A stretch of 64,000 nucleotides of DNA, taken from Nibricoccus sp. (GTDB lineage: Bacteria; Verrucomicrobiota; Verrucomicrobiia; Opitutales; Opitutaceae). The translations under genes and the position numbers were made by a program. This document shows positions 41,818 through 51,165 of this stretch, piece after piece; the stretch's first letter is position 1, and each line of letters starts with the position of its first letter. The stretch covers positions 4,736,001 through 4,800,000 of the forward strand of contig JASGHG010000001.1 in the NCBI GenBank assembly GCA_047602425.1. The letters are read 5' to 3'. The notes beneath the pieces were generated by a model, which saw nothing but the letters and a program-made list of their open reading frames with translations, did no database searches and was not told the origin of the DNA.

Positions 41818-43374
41818 CTACGGCAGACGCACATTGATGGGGCCAAGTTGCTTGCGATGCGCGATCTTTTTGCCGTTTACGAAAATCGTCAGACCTTTTC
41901 CCTGTCCAAAGTGTTTTCCGTCACGATCCCAAACGATCGCCAGGTCCCGTCCGTGATACCGAACGCCATCGAGGCAAAACCAATTCCAAGTTCCGGCGGG
42001 CAGCAGTGGCTGAAGGTCAATCACATCGTCGGCGCGAGGGCGCAACCCGACAATCCCCGTGATGAGGAGATCGGCGTAGGTCGAGTGGTTGTAGTAGCGG
42101 CTGCGCGGGTCCGGGCCCTTGAGCCACTTGCCGTTTACTTCGTCGAGGTATTCGCCGATATAGGGCTTGCCATCGTACCGATGCGAACGTGTGTACGTGA
42201 TAAACGCGTCGAAATAATCTTTGTTGGTTACGGCATCCTGCTTGTAGTCGCGCAGTACGTTGGCGAGCGCGGTCAACGTTTGGGAGGTGGCGAAGGGCCA
42301 GACCGCGCCGTCCCACTCGCAGGTGCCAACACCGTGCGAACGAAACTGCGGATGACGACGTTCCGCCGTGGTGATGCCGAAGGGCGCGCGAAATCCCTTC
42401 TCGTCGGTGAACTGCGTCCACGCCGCCTCATATCCTTTGCCGGTTGCAGGCAGTTCGAAATACCACGGGATAAAACCAATTTGCTCACGCACGTCCGCCA
42501 GGACGCCGTCTTCACGTCGGACTTCGAAAAACTTTGCCTCGGGGTGCCAGAGTTTTTCCTGCGTGAGGCGGCGAAGGTCGGCGGCTTTGCGATCGAATTC
42601 GGCGGCCACGTCCGCCTTGCCGGCCACGCGTGCGATGGTGGCGAGCGCCCATGCGTTGCCATACATGTAGGAGTTTAGCGGTGGACGAAGGTTTTTGGTT
42701 TTGCGCCCGCCGCTGATGGATTCCTCCATCGCATCCCAAACGTCGTGCTGCCAGAAAAGACCGGACTCCGTCAGCTTTTCACTTTCCCACCGTCGATAAT
42801 CCGCGACGAGGTCGTCGAAAAGTCCGGTCAGCGTCGCGGTGTCCTGGGTGACAAGCCAGCGCTGCCAAACCGCATATTGGAGCCACTGGCTGTATTTATG
42901 AAGATGGCCCTGCGGCTTGCCGCCTTCAACGCCCCGCAGCCAGTACAGCAAGTAGTCATCGTGGAAGCTCTGGTCGCGCAACCACCGGCCTTCCATCAAA
43001 TGGTGGCCCAGCGCGCTGCTCACCGGTCGCGGCTTCGTGAGAAATTCCGTGAAAACATGGCGTCTGCTGGTTGGTTCGACTCGGAGATGTTTGCGCAACG
43101 CCCACCAACGATACCAGTAGATCTCTTCCACGTCCGCGTCTTCGCAGGTAAAGTACGGAACGCGCGTCTGCAACCAGGCCCATGCCTCGGCGTTCGGGAC
43201 GAGGTTGGCGACCGGCTCGTCCTCCATCGTATTGAATTTCTCGATATGGTGGGCGAACCCATCGGCCTTCAAAACAGCGTACGGCGACTTTGGTTCGGAA
43301 TCCGCACCGCGAGCGAAGAGGCCACAGAAAATCGGCAGGCAGGCGATCAAGACGGTGACGACGCGTCGGGGCAT
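41818..43374 (-). CDS. GH142-like beta-L-arabinofuranosidase ((alpha/alpha)6 barrel), stand-alone
   Basis: 'FNTMEDE...PNAEAW...EEIYWYRWWALRKH', 'DAMEESISG', 'CEWDGAVWPFAT', 'YIGEY', 'YYNHSTY', matching the recalled C-terminal domain of BT1020. Start reassigned to ATG 43374. Confidence 0.8.
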   Translation of the reverse strand: MPRRVVTVLIACLPIFCGLFARGADSEPKSPYAVLKADGFAHHIEKFNTMEDEPVANLVPNAEAWAWLQTRVPYFTCEDADVEEIYWYRWWALRKHLRVEPTSRRHVFTEFLTKPRPVSSALGHHLMEGRWLRDQSFHDDYLLYWLRGVEGGKPQGHLHKYSQWLQYAVWQRWLVTQDTATLTGLFDDLVADYRRWESEKLTESGLFWQHDVWDAMEESISGGRKTKNLRPPLNSYMYGNAWALATIARVAGKADVAAEFDRKAADLRRLTQEKLWHPEAKFFEVRREDGVLADVREQIGFIPWYFELPATGKGYEAAWTQFTDEKGFRAPFGITTAERRHPQFRSHGVGTCEWDGAVWPFATSQTLTALANVLRDYKQDAVTNKDYFDAFITYTRSHRYDGKPYIGEYLDEVNGKWLKGPDPRSRYYNHSTYADLLITGIVGLRPRADDVIDLQPLLPAGTWNWFCLDGVRYHGRDLAIVWDRDGKHFGQGKGLTIFVNGKKIAHRKQLGPINVRLP

Positions 43375-43758
43375 AGGGTTAAGAATTGCCCGACGTCCGA
43401 TCGGCGCAAGACGCGATAAGACGAAAAGAGGGCGAGCAAATGGTTGCGGTCCGGTGAAAGGGAATGCGGGACAGAATTCTTGCTGATGATTCAAAAAACA
43501 TCGCAGGCATATTCGGAGATATCTGGAAGCGAAATTTTGCTGTTTAAAAGTGAAGTCTAGATCATCCAAACAAAGGGGGGCCGATGCACCCACGCACCGA
43601 CCCCCTACCCCAAGCAGACCGACTTTCGCCGAACTGCTTTCTTACCATTTGTATGAAAAACACGCTTTTCAGACAGACGCCTGGCAGCAGAGCTTTACCA
43701 CATACAAAATGAAATTGTCTGGCTTCGAAACAAAGGGCACGAAGGGGACTGCCCACTG

Positions 43759-43916
43759 TTTCATATGAAATAAACTAAAAAGCGTTATGTTTCATGAAAT
43801 GTTTAAGTCAAGTTCATTTAGATTTCTGGCGATGCGATGAAAATCCGCGCAACAGGTCGCTTCAACTCCGCCTTGACAAGGGGCTGTCATCATGGAAATA
43901 AGACTATTTCATGAAT
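43759..43916. promoter_or_regulatory. Cluster of TTTCATGAAA-like palindromes (candidate operators) in divergent promoter region
   Basis: TTTCATATGAAA 43759-43770, TTTCATGAAA 43790-43799, TTTCATGAAT 43907-43916. TTGACA at 43873-43878. AT-rich context. Confidence 0.6.
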
Positions 43917-43983
43917 TACTTGATTTCATTGCAAATCACCGGCATCAGGGCGGCCGGAAACCCCTAGTCCAGCCAAAGGCCCC

Positions 43984-45102
43984 ATGAATTCTGCGCAGTC
44001 CGCCCCAAAGACGATGCCCAAAAAGAATAAAGTGACCATCACCGATGTCGCGAAAGCGGCCGGGGTCGCGGTCGGTACGGTTTCACGGGTGTTGAACAAT
44101 CACACTGATGTAAACGCGACGATTCGTGCGAAAGTATGGGAGGTGGCGCGACGGCTGAACTACTCGCGTATCCGCCAACGCAGTACACGCAAGGACGACA
44201 GCTCCGGTGAGCAGAAATCCGGGACGATCGCGGCGATTTTCTTCGGCATGGAAGACACGCTGGTGCAGCTCCCGGTCGTTAGCGCGGCGTTGCAAGGCAT
44301 CGAAGGCGCCCTCTCCTCGCAAGGCCGCAGCCTGATGCTCGCAAATATTCCGAAAGCCGATCGCGTGCCGCCGTTTCTCCTCGAAAACGATGTCACCGGA
44401 TTGATTCTCAAAGGACCAAACCAAGGCGAACTTCCTCCTCTTGAGCAGAGCGATTTATTGCAGCATATCTATCGGTTCCCCCACGTGTGGCTGATGGGCC
44501 GCTTGGGCAACGCCAAAGGCGATCACGCCAACTTCGATACCGAAACTGCGGGCAAGCTGGCCGCGGAACATTTTTTCCGCAACGGTCACACGCGTGTCGC
44601 GTTTCTGAATCCCAAGCCTGGCCAAACCCAATTCGAAAAATTGCGCAACGGATTCTACGCGGCGACCTCCCGCTTCGGCCAGACCATGACGTTTTTGGAG
44701 GCATCGCCTCGCGAAAGTTTTGAATGGCCGCTGCCGGCGATCACGAGTGCAGATACGGTCAGCCTGTTGGTGGATCGCTGGGCGGCGATGGACGCGGCGT
44801 CCCGCCCCACGGGCATTTTTGTGCCAGCCGACCGGACAGCCGTTCAGCTTTATACCGTTCTCCAAGGTCGCGGGCTGCAAATTGGCCGCGATGTCAGTGT
44901 CATTTCGTGCAATAACGAGCGCCCGCACCTGATGAATCTCCATCCATCGGTGACGACGATCGAAGTTCACGCGGAAGCCGTGGGCCGGCGCGCCGTCGAT
45001 CAATTGCTTTGGCGTATCCGCCATCCGGAGGACAGCAACTCCACCCAAGTACTCGTCGAGCCTACTTTGGTCGAGGGCGATTCAGTCGCCGATCTCACGT
45101 AA
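43984..45102 (+). CDS. LacI-family transcriptional regulator
   Basis: HTH 'TITDVAKAAGVAVGTVSRVLN', sugar-binding domain 'IGRDVSVIS...PSVTTI...PTLVEGDS'. Start may be 44014. Confidence 0.93.
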   Translation: MNSAQSAPKTMPKKNKVTITDVAKAAGVAVGTVSRVLNNHTDVNATIRAKVWEVARRLNYSRIRQRSTRKDDSSGEQKSGTIAAIFFGMEDTLVQLPVVSAALQGIEGALSSQGRSLMLANIPKADRVPPFLLENDVTGLILKGPNQGELPPLEQSDLLQHIYRFPHVWLMGRLGNAKGDHANFDTETAGKLAAEHFFRNGHTRVAFLNPKPGQTQFEKLRNGFYAATSRFGQTMTFLEASPRESFEWPLPAITSADTVSLLVDRWAAMDAASRPTGIFVPADRTAVQLYTVLQGRGLQIGRDVSVISCNNERPHLMNLHPSVTTIEVHAEAVGRRAVDQLLWRIRHPEDSNSTQVLVEPTLVEGDSVADLT

Positions 45103-45148
45103 CGCACTGTTACTTCCGTTTTGCGGGGTCCGTCGGGCCTTGTCTGTT

Positions 45149-45260
45149 TTTCATGAAACAGGCTGCGCTAACATGCGATTTTTAGCGTTCTTGCGCGGTT
45201 TTACCGTGCCCCTCTTTCTTTCATTATGAAATAATATTATTGACCACTTGTTTCATGAAC
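45149..45260. promoter_or_regulatory. TTTCATGAAA-like palindromes upstream of the catabolic operon
   Basis: TTTCATGAAA 45149-45158 and TTTCATGAAC 45251-45260. The latter lies just downstream of a TTGACC (-35-like) at 45240-45245. Confidence 0.6.
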
Positions 45261-45314
45261 CTAGAGGTTTGGAGTCTGGTTTTTCGCCTCTTTGGCTATC
45301 CAGCTCACACCACT

Positions 45315-46481
45315 ATGCCCGCCGAATCGATGCGACCCATCACCTTGCTTCAGCCGCCGCGAATCGCGTTTGGCGCCGGTTGCGCGACGGGGTGTATAGA
45401 CGAGATTGCTGCACGGAGCCTGCGTAAGATTCTGTTGCTCACCACACCGCCGGTCGCGCCTCACGCCAAACCATTGGTGGAAGGACTCGCCGGGAAAAAC
45501 ATTCTCGTCACGACGCTGATCGATGTGCCGCCGGAACCCGGCGTGAAGGATTTCGAACGCATTCTCCTTGAAGCGCGCAAATTTTCCCCGGACGGAGTCA
45601 TCGGTTTTGGCGGTGGCAGCGTGTTGGATATCGCCAAGCTTGTCGCCGCGCTTCACGACTGCGCCGAACCGGTGCAGAACTTTTTTGGCATCGGCCTGCT
45701 GCCGCGTCGCAATACCTACCTGGCCTGCCTCCCGACGACGGCCGGAACCGGCAGTGAGGTTTCGCCAAATGCCATCCTCCTTGACGAAGCCGAGCAATTG
45801 AAGAAAGGCGTGATCAGCCCGTGGCTCGTGCCGGATTCTGCGTTTGTCGACCCGTTGTTCACGCTGTCTGTGCCACCTGCCGTGACCGCCGCGACCGGTA
45901 TCGATGCAATGGTGCATTGCATCGAAGCGTACGCCAACCGTTTCGCCCACCCAATTGTCGATGCCTACGCGCTGGAGGGCATTCGGCTCATCTCAGCTAA
46001 CCTTTTAACTGCGGTAAAAGACGGCCTCAACGTTTCGGCCCGCTCCGGCGTTGCCCTCGGGAGCCTCTATGGTGGCCTGTGCCTGGGGCCGGTCAACACC
46101 GCGGCTGTTCACGCCCTCGCCTATCCGCTGGGCAGCGAATTTCATATCGCTCACGGGCTCTCGAACGCCCTGCTGCTCGCTCCCGTCTTGCGTTTCAATT
46201 TACCGGCGGCGCCCGAACGTTATGTGGCGATCGCAGTCGCGCTCGGCGTGAAAAAGCAAAAAACCGATCTCGCGACCGCCGAGGCCGGCATTGCTCACAT
46301 CGAGAAACTCTGCGCCGACTGCGGCGTGCCGCGCGGCATTGCGGCTCTCAACATTCCCGAGTCTGCCCTTCCTCGCATGGCCGCTGCCGCTATGAAGGTC
46401 ACCCGTCTCCTCAAAAACAATCCGCGCGAACTCGTCCTCGCCGATGCCGAGGCCATCTACCGTCAGGCCTATCCAGCATGA
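45315..46481 (+). CDS. Iron-containing alcohol dehydrogenase
   Basis: 'GFGGGSVLDIAK', 'PTTAGTGSE', 'GIDAMVHCIEAY', 'HALAY...HIAHG' metal ligands. ATG 45315 or 45330. Confidence 0.92.
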   Translation: MPAESMRPITLLQPPRIAFGAGCATGCIDEIAARSLRKILLLTTPPVAPHAKPLVEGLAGKNILVTTLIDVPPEPGVKDFERILLEARKFSPDGVIGFGGGSVLDIAKLVAALHDCAEPVQNFFGIGLLPRRNTYLACLPTTAGTGSEVSPNAILLDEAEQLKKGVISPWLVPDSAFVDPLFTLSVPPAVTAATGIDAMVHCIEAYANRFAHPIVDAYALEGIRLISANLLTAVKDGLNVSARSGVALGSLYGGLCLGPVNTAAVHALAYPLGSEFHIAHGLSNALLLAPVLRFNLPAAPERYVAIAVALGVKKQKTDLATAEAGIAHIEKLCADCGVPRGIAALNIPESALPRMAAAAMKVTRLLKNNPRELVLADAEAIYRQAYPA

Positions 46482-47383
46482 TTCAACAAGGTAAACATAA
46501 CGGCGTCATCGTCCCGCTCGTCACGCCCTTCACCGCCCAAGGCGAAATCGACGAAGCTGCGACCGCCCGCATCATCAATCATTGCGCCGAAGCCGGCGTG
46601 CATGTCTTCGTGCTCGGCACAACCGGCGAAGCCGCATCAATCGCCACCGCCAAACGCGTTCGTTTGATCAATGCCTCCGTCACCGCCGCCGCGGGCCGAA
46701 TCAAAGTCTACGCCGGCATCGGAGACAACTGCCCGGAAAATTCCATTGCCGCGGCCAACGAATACCTGCGCCTCGGCGCCGACGCCGTCGTTGCGCATCT
46801 GCCCGCTTATTACGCGCTCAAGCCCGCTGAAATGCAGGCGTTCTTCGAACTGCTTTCCTCGCAGATCCGCGGAAGCCTGATGCTTTATAATATCCCCTCG
46901 ACGACGCACATGTCGCTCCCCCTCGACATCGCCGAGCATCTCAGCCATTTGCCCAACGTCATTGGATTTAAGGATTCTGAAAATGCACCTGGCCGCCCCG
47001 AGGAAACGGCTCGCCGACTCAGCGACCGGGCCAACTTTTCCATTTTCATGGGAGCCGCCGTGCTCTCGGCCAAGGCGCTGAAACTTGGTTTCGACGGCCT
47101 TGTTCCCAGCTCGGGCAATCTCGTGCCGCAACTCTGGCGCGAACTCTACGACCAGGCTCGCGCTGGCAATTGGGAAAAAGCCGAAGCTCTCCAATCGCGG
47201 CTCAATACCATCGCGCAAGTCTTTCAGCGTAACCGCAGCCTCGGCGAATCCCTCGCCGCGTTGAAAGCGATGATGGACACCCACGGTCTTTGCGGCCCAA
47301 CGGTGCTTCCGCCGTTGCGTACGCTCGACGCCGCCGCCCGCCAGAGCGTCACAGCCGAGTTGGCCGCCCTCAATCTCGCCTGA
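46478..47383 (+). CDS. DHDPS/NAL-family class I aldolase (candidate Dha aldolase)
   Basis: 'VPLVTPF', 'GTTGE', 'LYNIP', 'FKDS'. ATGA overlap with the ADH stop. Confidence 0.88.
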   Translation: MIQQGKHNGVIVPLVTPFTAQGEIDEAATARIINHCAEAGVHVFVLGTTGEAASIATAKRVRLINASVTAAAGRIKVYAGIGDNCPENSIAAANEYLRLGADAVVAHLPAYYALKPAEMQAFFELLSSQIRGSLMLYNIPSTTHMSLPLDIAEHLSHLPNVIGFKDSENAPGRPEETARRLSDRANFSIFMGAAVLSAKALKLGFDGLVPSSGNLVPQLWRELYDQARAGNWEKAEALQSRLNTIAQVFQRNRSLGESLAALKAMMDTHGLCGPTVLPPLRTLDAAARQSVTAELAALNLA

Positions 47384-47392
47384 TTTTTCGCC

Positions 47393-48547
47393 ATGGCCGG
47401 ACCTTCCATCGCGGTTCTGGCGGACGATCTTACCGGCGCTGCCGAGATAGCCGCCATCGGCAAACGGCATGGACTTCCGTCCCGCATTTTTGCCAGCACC
47501 GCCCAAAGTCGTCCCTTTTCGGCCGGCCTGTCCGTGCACGATACCGACTCCCGCCTGTTAACCGCTGCCAAGGCGGCGGAACGCGTGACAGCGACAGCGG
47601 CCTCGCTTGGCGATGCGGATACGGCGTTTATTTTTAAGAAAACCGACTCCGTTCTCCGCGGCAACGTCGTGGCCGAAATTGTCGCGTTCGCCCGCGCCAC
47701 CGGCAAACGACGCATTTTACTCGTGCCCGCCAATCCATCGCTTGGTCGAACTATTTCGAAGGGACAATATTTCGTTCAAGAAGTGCCGATTGCTGAAACG
47801 AATTTTGCCCGCGATCCGCATCATCCTGCGAAATCCTCCAGCATCGTCGAATTGCTCGGCCCTTCGCCGGATTGGCCGGTGAGCGTCCTGGCTTCCGGAG
47901 CCCCGCTGCCTGAACAGGGAATCATCGTCGGTGAAACAACAACTTCGGCTGACGTCGCCCATTGGGCCGCCCACCTCGATCGCGACACGCTGGCGGCAGG
48001 TGGCGCGGACTTTTTCCAAGCGTGCCTCAAGCAGTTCGGTCTCGCACCGAAACCAACGAGCATACCTAAGTCTCCTGGACTTGTTTTGATTGTCACCGGG
48101 TCGCTTACGCCCGCCCGGGAAACGCTTCTGGCCCATGCTTCTTCTGTTGGCTGGCCGGTGCATACAATTGCTGGAGATTTCGCCGCCTTAAGGCGCACAT
48201 TCGAAATGAGCAGCATCATCCTAGTGCAGAGTCCGAAAACCGCAGTCAACGACCAGGCCTTGGGAGCGCGTCTTCGCGCAGATTTTGGCGAACTCGTTCG
48301 CAGACTGCGCTCTCAAGTTTCCCTTGGACAGGTCGTGGTCGAGGGCGGAGCCACCGCGGCGGCCATCAGCGAAGCCAATGGCTGGACAAGTTTCGACGTC
48401 GCGGGCGAATGGGCCCCCGGCGTCATTGCATTGCACCCGACGGCCGCTCCAGAAATTCTTTTTACCATCAAACCGGGCAGTTACACTTGGCCGGAAAATC
48501 TTTGGCGCCAACTCGACAGCTGCCGCGTTTCCTTCTCAAAATCTTAA
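47393..48547 (+). CDS. Four-carbon acid-sugar kinase (DUF1537; DtnK/DenK family)
   Basis: 'ADDLTGA', 'DTDSR', 'FKKTDSVLRGN', 'EGGATA', 'KPGS'. Confidence 0.88.
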   Translation: MAGPSIAVLADDLTGAAEIAAIGKRHGLPSRIFASTAQSRPFSAGLSVHDTDSRLLTAAKAAERVTATAASLGDADTAFIFKKTDSVLRGNVVAEIVAFARATGKRRILLVPANPSLGRTISKGQYFVQEVPIAETNFARDPHHPAKSSSIVELLGPSPDWPVSVLASGAPLPEQGIIVGETTTSADVAHWAAHLDRDTLAAGGADFFQACLKQFGLAPKPTSIPKSPGLVLIVTGSLTPARETLLAHASSVGWPVHTIAGDFAALRRTFEMSSIILVQSPKTAVNDQALGARLRADFGELVRRLRSQVSLGQVVVEGGATAAAISEANGWTSFDVAGEWAPGVIALHPTAAPEILFTIKPGSYTWPENLWRQLDSCRVSFSKS

Positions 48548-48553
48548 TACGTC

Positions 48554-49573
48554 ATGGCCGCCTCCTCCGACGCACTCCCCCCCATTCTCGCGATCACCCT
48601 GGGCGATCCTGCAGGAACCGGACCAGAACTTATCTCCAAAGCCGTCACCCTGCCCGAGGTCCGCGCGATCTGTCGTCCGCTCGTGGTCGGCGATGCCGCC
48701 GTGCTCGCCGCGGCGCTACGTTACACGGGCGTCCTGCTCAAAATAAACGCCATTGCCGACGTCGGTGCCGGACAATTTGCGGCGGATTCCGTCGATGTCC
48801 TCGACCTCAAAAACGTGAATCTCGATCAGCTTCAAATCGGCAAAGTTTCGGCCATGGCCGGAAAAGCCGCGTATGAAGCGGTGAAAACCGCTGCCGAACT
48901 AGCTCTCGCCGGTAAAGTGGGCGCGATCGTCACCTCGGCGCTCAATAAAGCTGCAATGAATTTGGCGGGCTACCATTTCGACGGCCACACCGGCTTGCTC
49001 GCCGAGGTCTGCAAGTCTCCTGGAGCCACGATGATGCTCGCCGCCGACAAACTTCGCGTCAGTCACGTCTCGACGCATGTGCCTTTGCGCGTCGCGGTCG
49101 ACCGCGTTCGTCCTGAGCGCATCATGAAGGTTCTGCGCCTGACCAATGACGCGATTAAAAATCTTGGCGTCGCCAAACCCCGGATTGCCGTCGCCGGTCT
49201 CAATCCGCATGCGGGCGAAAACGGCCTTTTTGGCGATGAGGAACAAAAATATATCACTCCCGCCATCGAGGAAGCGCGTCGCGAAGGCATTGACGCTTCC
49301 GGGCCGTACGCCGGCGACACGATTTTCTTCCGCTGCGCCCAAGGCGAGTTCGATGCCGGCGTCGCCATGTACCACGACCAAGGCCACGTCGCCGCGAAAA
49401 TGCTCGGCATTTGGCGCGGCGTGAACGTTACGCTCGGCCTGCCGATCATTCGAACGTCCGTCGAGCACGGCACGGATTTCGCCAACGCGGGCACCGGTCG
49501 TGGCGATCCACGCAGTCTCATCGAAGCGATCAAACTCGCCGCCACCATGGCCCGAAACCGTATCAAGAACTAA
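48554..49573 (+). CDS. pdxA2: PdxA-family dehydrogenase, probable D-threonate/erythronate-4-phosphate dehydrogenase (PdxA2)
   Basis: 'GDPAGTGPE', 'GHT', 'LNPHAGE', 'MYHDQG', 'GLPIIRTSVEHGT'. Adjacent to a DUF1537 kinase. Confidence 0.85.
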   Translation: MAASSDALPPILAITLGDPAGTGPELISKAVTLPEVRAICRPLVVGDAAVLAAALRYTGVLLKINAIADVGAGQFAADSVDVLDLKNVNLDQLQIGKVSAMAGKAAYEAVKTAAELALAGKVGAIVTSALNKAAMNLAGYHFDGHTGLLAEVCKSPGATMMLAADKLRVSHVSTHVPLRVAVDRVRPERIMKVLRLTNDAIKNLGVAKPRIAVAGLNPHAGENGLFGDEEQKYITPAIEEARREGIDASGPYAGDTIFFRCAQGEFDAGVAMYHDQGHVAAKMLGIWRGVNVTLGLPIIRTSVEHGTDFANAGTGRGDPRSLIEAIKLAATMARNRIKN

Positions 49574-49615
49574 TTTCCACTTCGCTCTCCAGCCTCAGCT
49601 TTCTCCCCGCGCCCC

Positions 49616-51151
49616 ATGTCCCTCCACACACTCGACTACGTCGTACTTGCGGCCTATGCGCTGCTCATTGTCGGTCTGAGCATTGCCGTCTCCCGTCGTA
49701 ACGAAAGCACCTCCGACTACTTCATCGCCGGGCGTGGACTCCCCGGTTGGGTGGTCGCGTTCACGCTGATGGGCACCATCATCGGCACCGGAACTTTCGT
49801 CGGGCATCCCGGCAACTCTTATCAAAAAGGACTGATCCTGCTCGTGCCGCATTTGATGCTGCCGTTGGTTCTATTGTTTGTTTCGAAAGTCATCGTGCCC
49901 TTTTACCGGCGCGTCGTGCGCATGAGTGCTTACGAGTACATTGGCTTGCGTTTCGGGTTGGGCGGCCGGCTTTATACTTCGTTCGGGTTTTTGGCTGACC
50001 GTATTTTCGACATCGGCGTTACACTCCTCACCACCGCTTACGCGGTCAACGTGCTGACGGGCTGGGAAATTCGCAATGTCATCTTCGGCGTTACGTTGTT
50101 TACCGCCGTTTACACGACAATCGGCGGCATCAAAGCCGTTGTTTGGACTGATGTTGCGCAGGGTACGATTTTGATTCTTGGCGGATCGTTCGTTTTGCTG
50201 CGTTTGCTTTTCGCTCCCGAAGCGGGAGCGCCTTTCGCTGTCGTCGGTGAAGCGTGGCGCGCAGGCCGCATGACTCTCGGCAATTGGGACTTTTCCTGGA
50301 AAAGCCTGTTCGAAACGCAGACGACGGCGTGGCTTTTCATCCTCACCTACATGATCCAGTGGGCGCGCCGCTACGTCACCGATCAGCACCTCGTGCAACG
50401 TTACCTTATTGCCCGCACCGACGCCGAGGCGAGCCGCGCGGTTTTTGCCGGGGCGTTGATCTGCGTGCCGGTGTTTTTTGTCTTCATGTTCATCGGTTCA
50501 TGCTTCTATGGGTTTTTCTCCATAACCAAGGCGCAGGTGCCAGAAATCGGTGACCACATCATGCCCTTCTTCATGATGAATTATCTCCCCGCCGGACTGC
50601 TTGGCCTGGTGTTTGCCGCCATCCTCGCCGCCGCGATGTCGACTGTCAGTTCCGACCTGAATAGTGTGGCGACTGTCGCCACGAGTGATTTCTTCGCGAA
50701 TATGTTTCCCAAGAGCAACGATCGCACGCGCTTGGTCTGCGGACGTTGCATGGTGCTCGTGGGCGGAGCGCTGGCAGCTGGTTCGGCTATTTTGCTGATT
50801 CCCGACAAAGGTTCCGCGCCCGTGATGGAACGTGCTGTCACCATCGCCGCCATTCTCTCGGGCGGCACCCTGGGGCTTTTCTGCCTCGGTTTTCTCACCC
50901 GCCGCGCAACTCGGCAAGGTTGCTATGTTGGCATGGCCTGCTGCGTTTTGTTCACCGCTTGGGCAATTCTGACTGAGCCAAGAGCGCGCATCCTGAACCT
51001 TCCGTTAAACTTCGAGATGAATCCAATCCTCATCGGACTTTTCGGACACCTCGTTCTTTTCGTTACCGGCTACATTGCCAGCCGTCTTCTCGGAGGTTAC
51101 CGTCCAGAAAACGTTGAGCAACTCACCATCCGCCATCGCCCGGCGGCCTAA
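49616..51151 (+). CDS. Sodium:solute symporter (SSS family)
   Basis: 'DYFIAGR', 'SAYEY', 'GGIKAVVWTDVAQ', 'DQHLVQRY', 'AAAMSTVSSDLNS'. Confidence 0.92.
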   Translation: MSLHTLDYVVLAAYALLIVGLSIAVSRRNESTSDYFIAGRGLPGWVVAFTLMGTIIGTGTFVGHPGNSYQKGLILLVPHLMLPLVLLFVSKVIVPFYRRVVRMSAYEYIGLRFGLGGRLYTSFGFLADRIFDIGVTLLTTAYAVNVLTGWEIRNVIFGVTLFTAVYTTIGGIKAVVWTDVAQGTILILGGSFVLLRLLFAPEAGAPFAVVGEAWRAGRMTLGNWDFSWKSLFETQTTAWLFILTYMIQWARRYVTDQHLVQRYLIARTDAEASRAVFAGALICVPVFFVFMFIGSCFYGFFSITKAQVPEIGDHIMPFFMMNYLPAGLLGLVFAAILAAAMSTVSSDLNSVATVATSDFFANMFPKSNDRTRLVCGRCMVLVGGALAAGSAILLIPDKGSAPVMERAVTIAAILSGGTLGLFCLGFLTRRATRQGCYVGMACCVLFTAWAILTEPRARILNLPLNFEMNPILIGLFGHLVLFVTGYIASRLLGGYRPENVEQLTIRHRPAA

Positions 51152-51165
51152 ATACTCCGTCCGTC

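Noticed and set aside
35140..47383. The two DHDPS-family genes as dapA (lysine biosynthesis)
   Set aside because: Both sit in sugar-acid catabolic contexts with transporters, and no lysine-pathway genes are nearby.
48554..49573. pdxA as a vitamin B6 biosynthesis gene
   Set aside because: Its neighbourhood (DUF1537 kinase, aldolase, transporter) indicates the catabolic PdxA2 type. No pdxJ, surA or rsmA context.
47393..49573. Apionate (apiose) oxidative pathway as the role of the DUF1537 kinase
   Set aside because: No apionate oxidoisomerase, transketolase-like or RuBisCO-like genes are in the window, and pairing with PdxA2 fits threonate/erythronate better. Not fully excluded.
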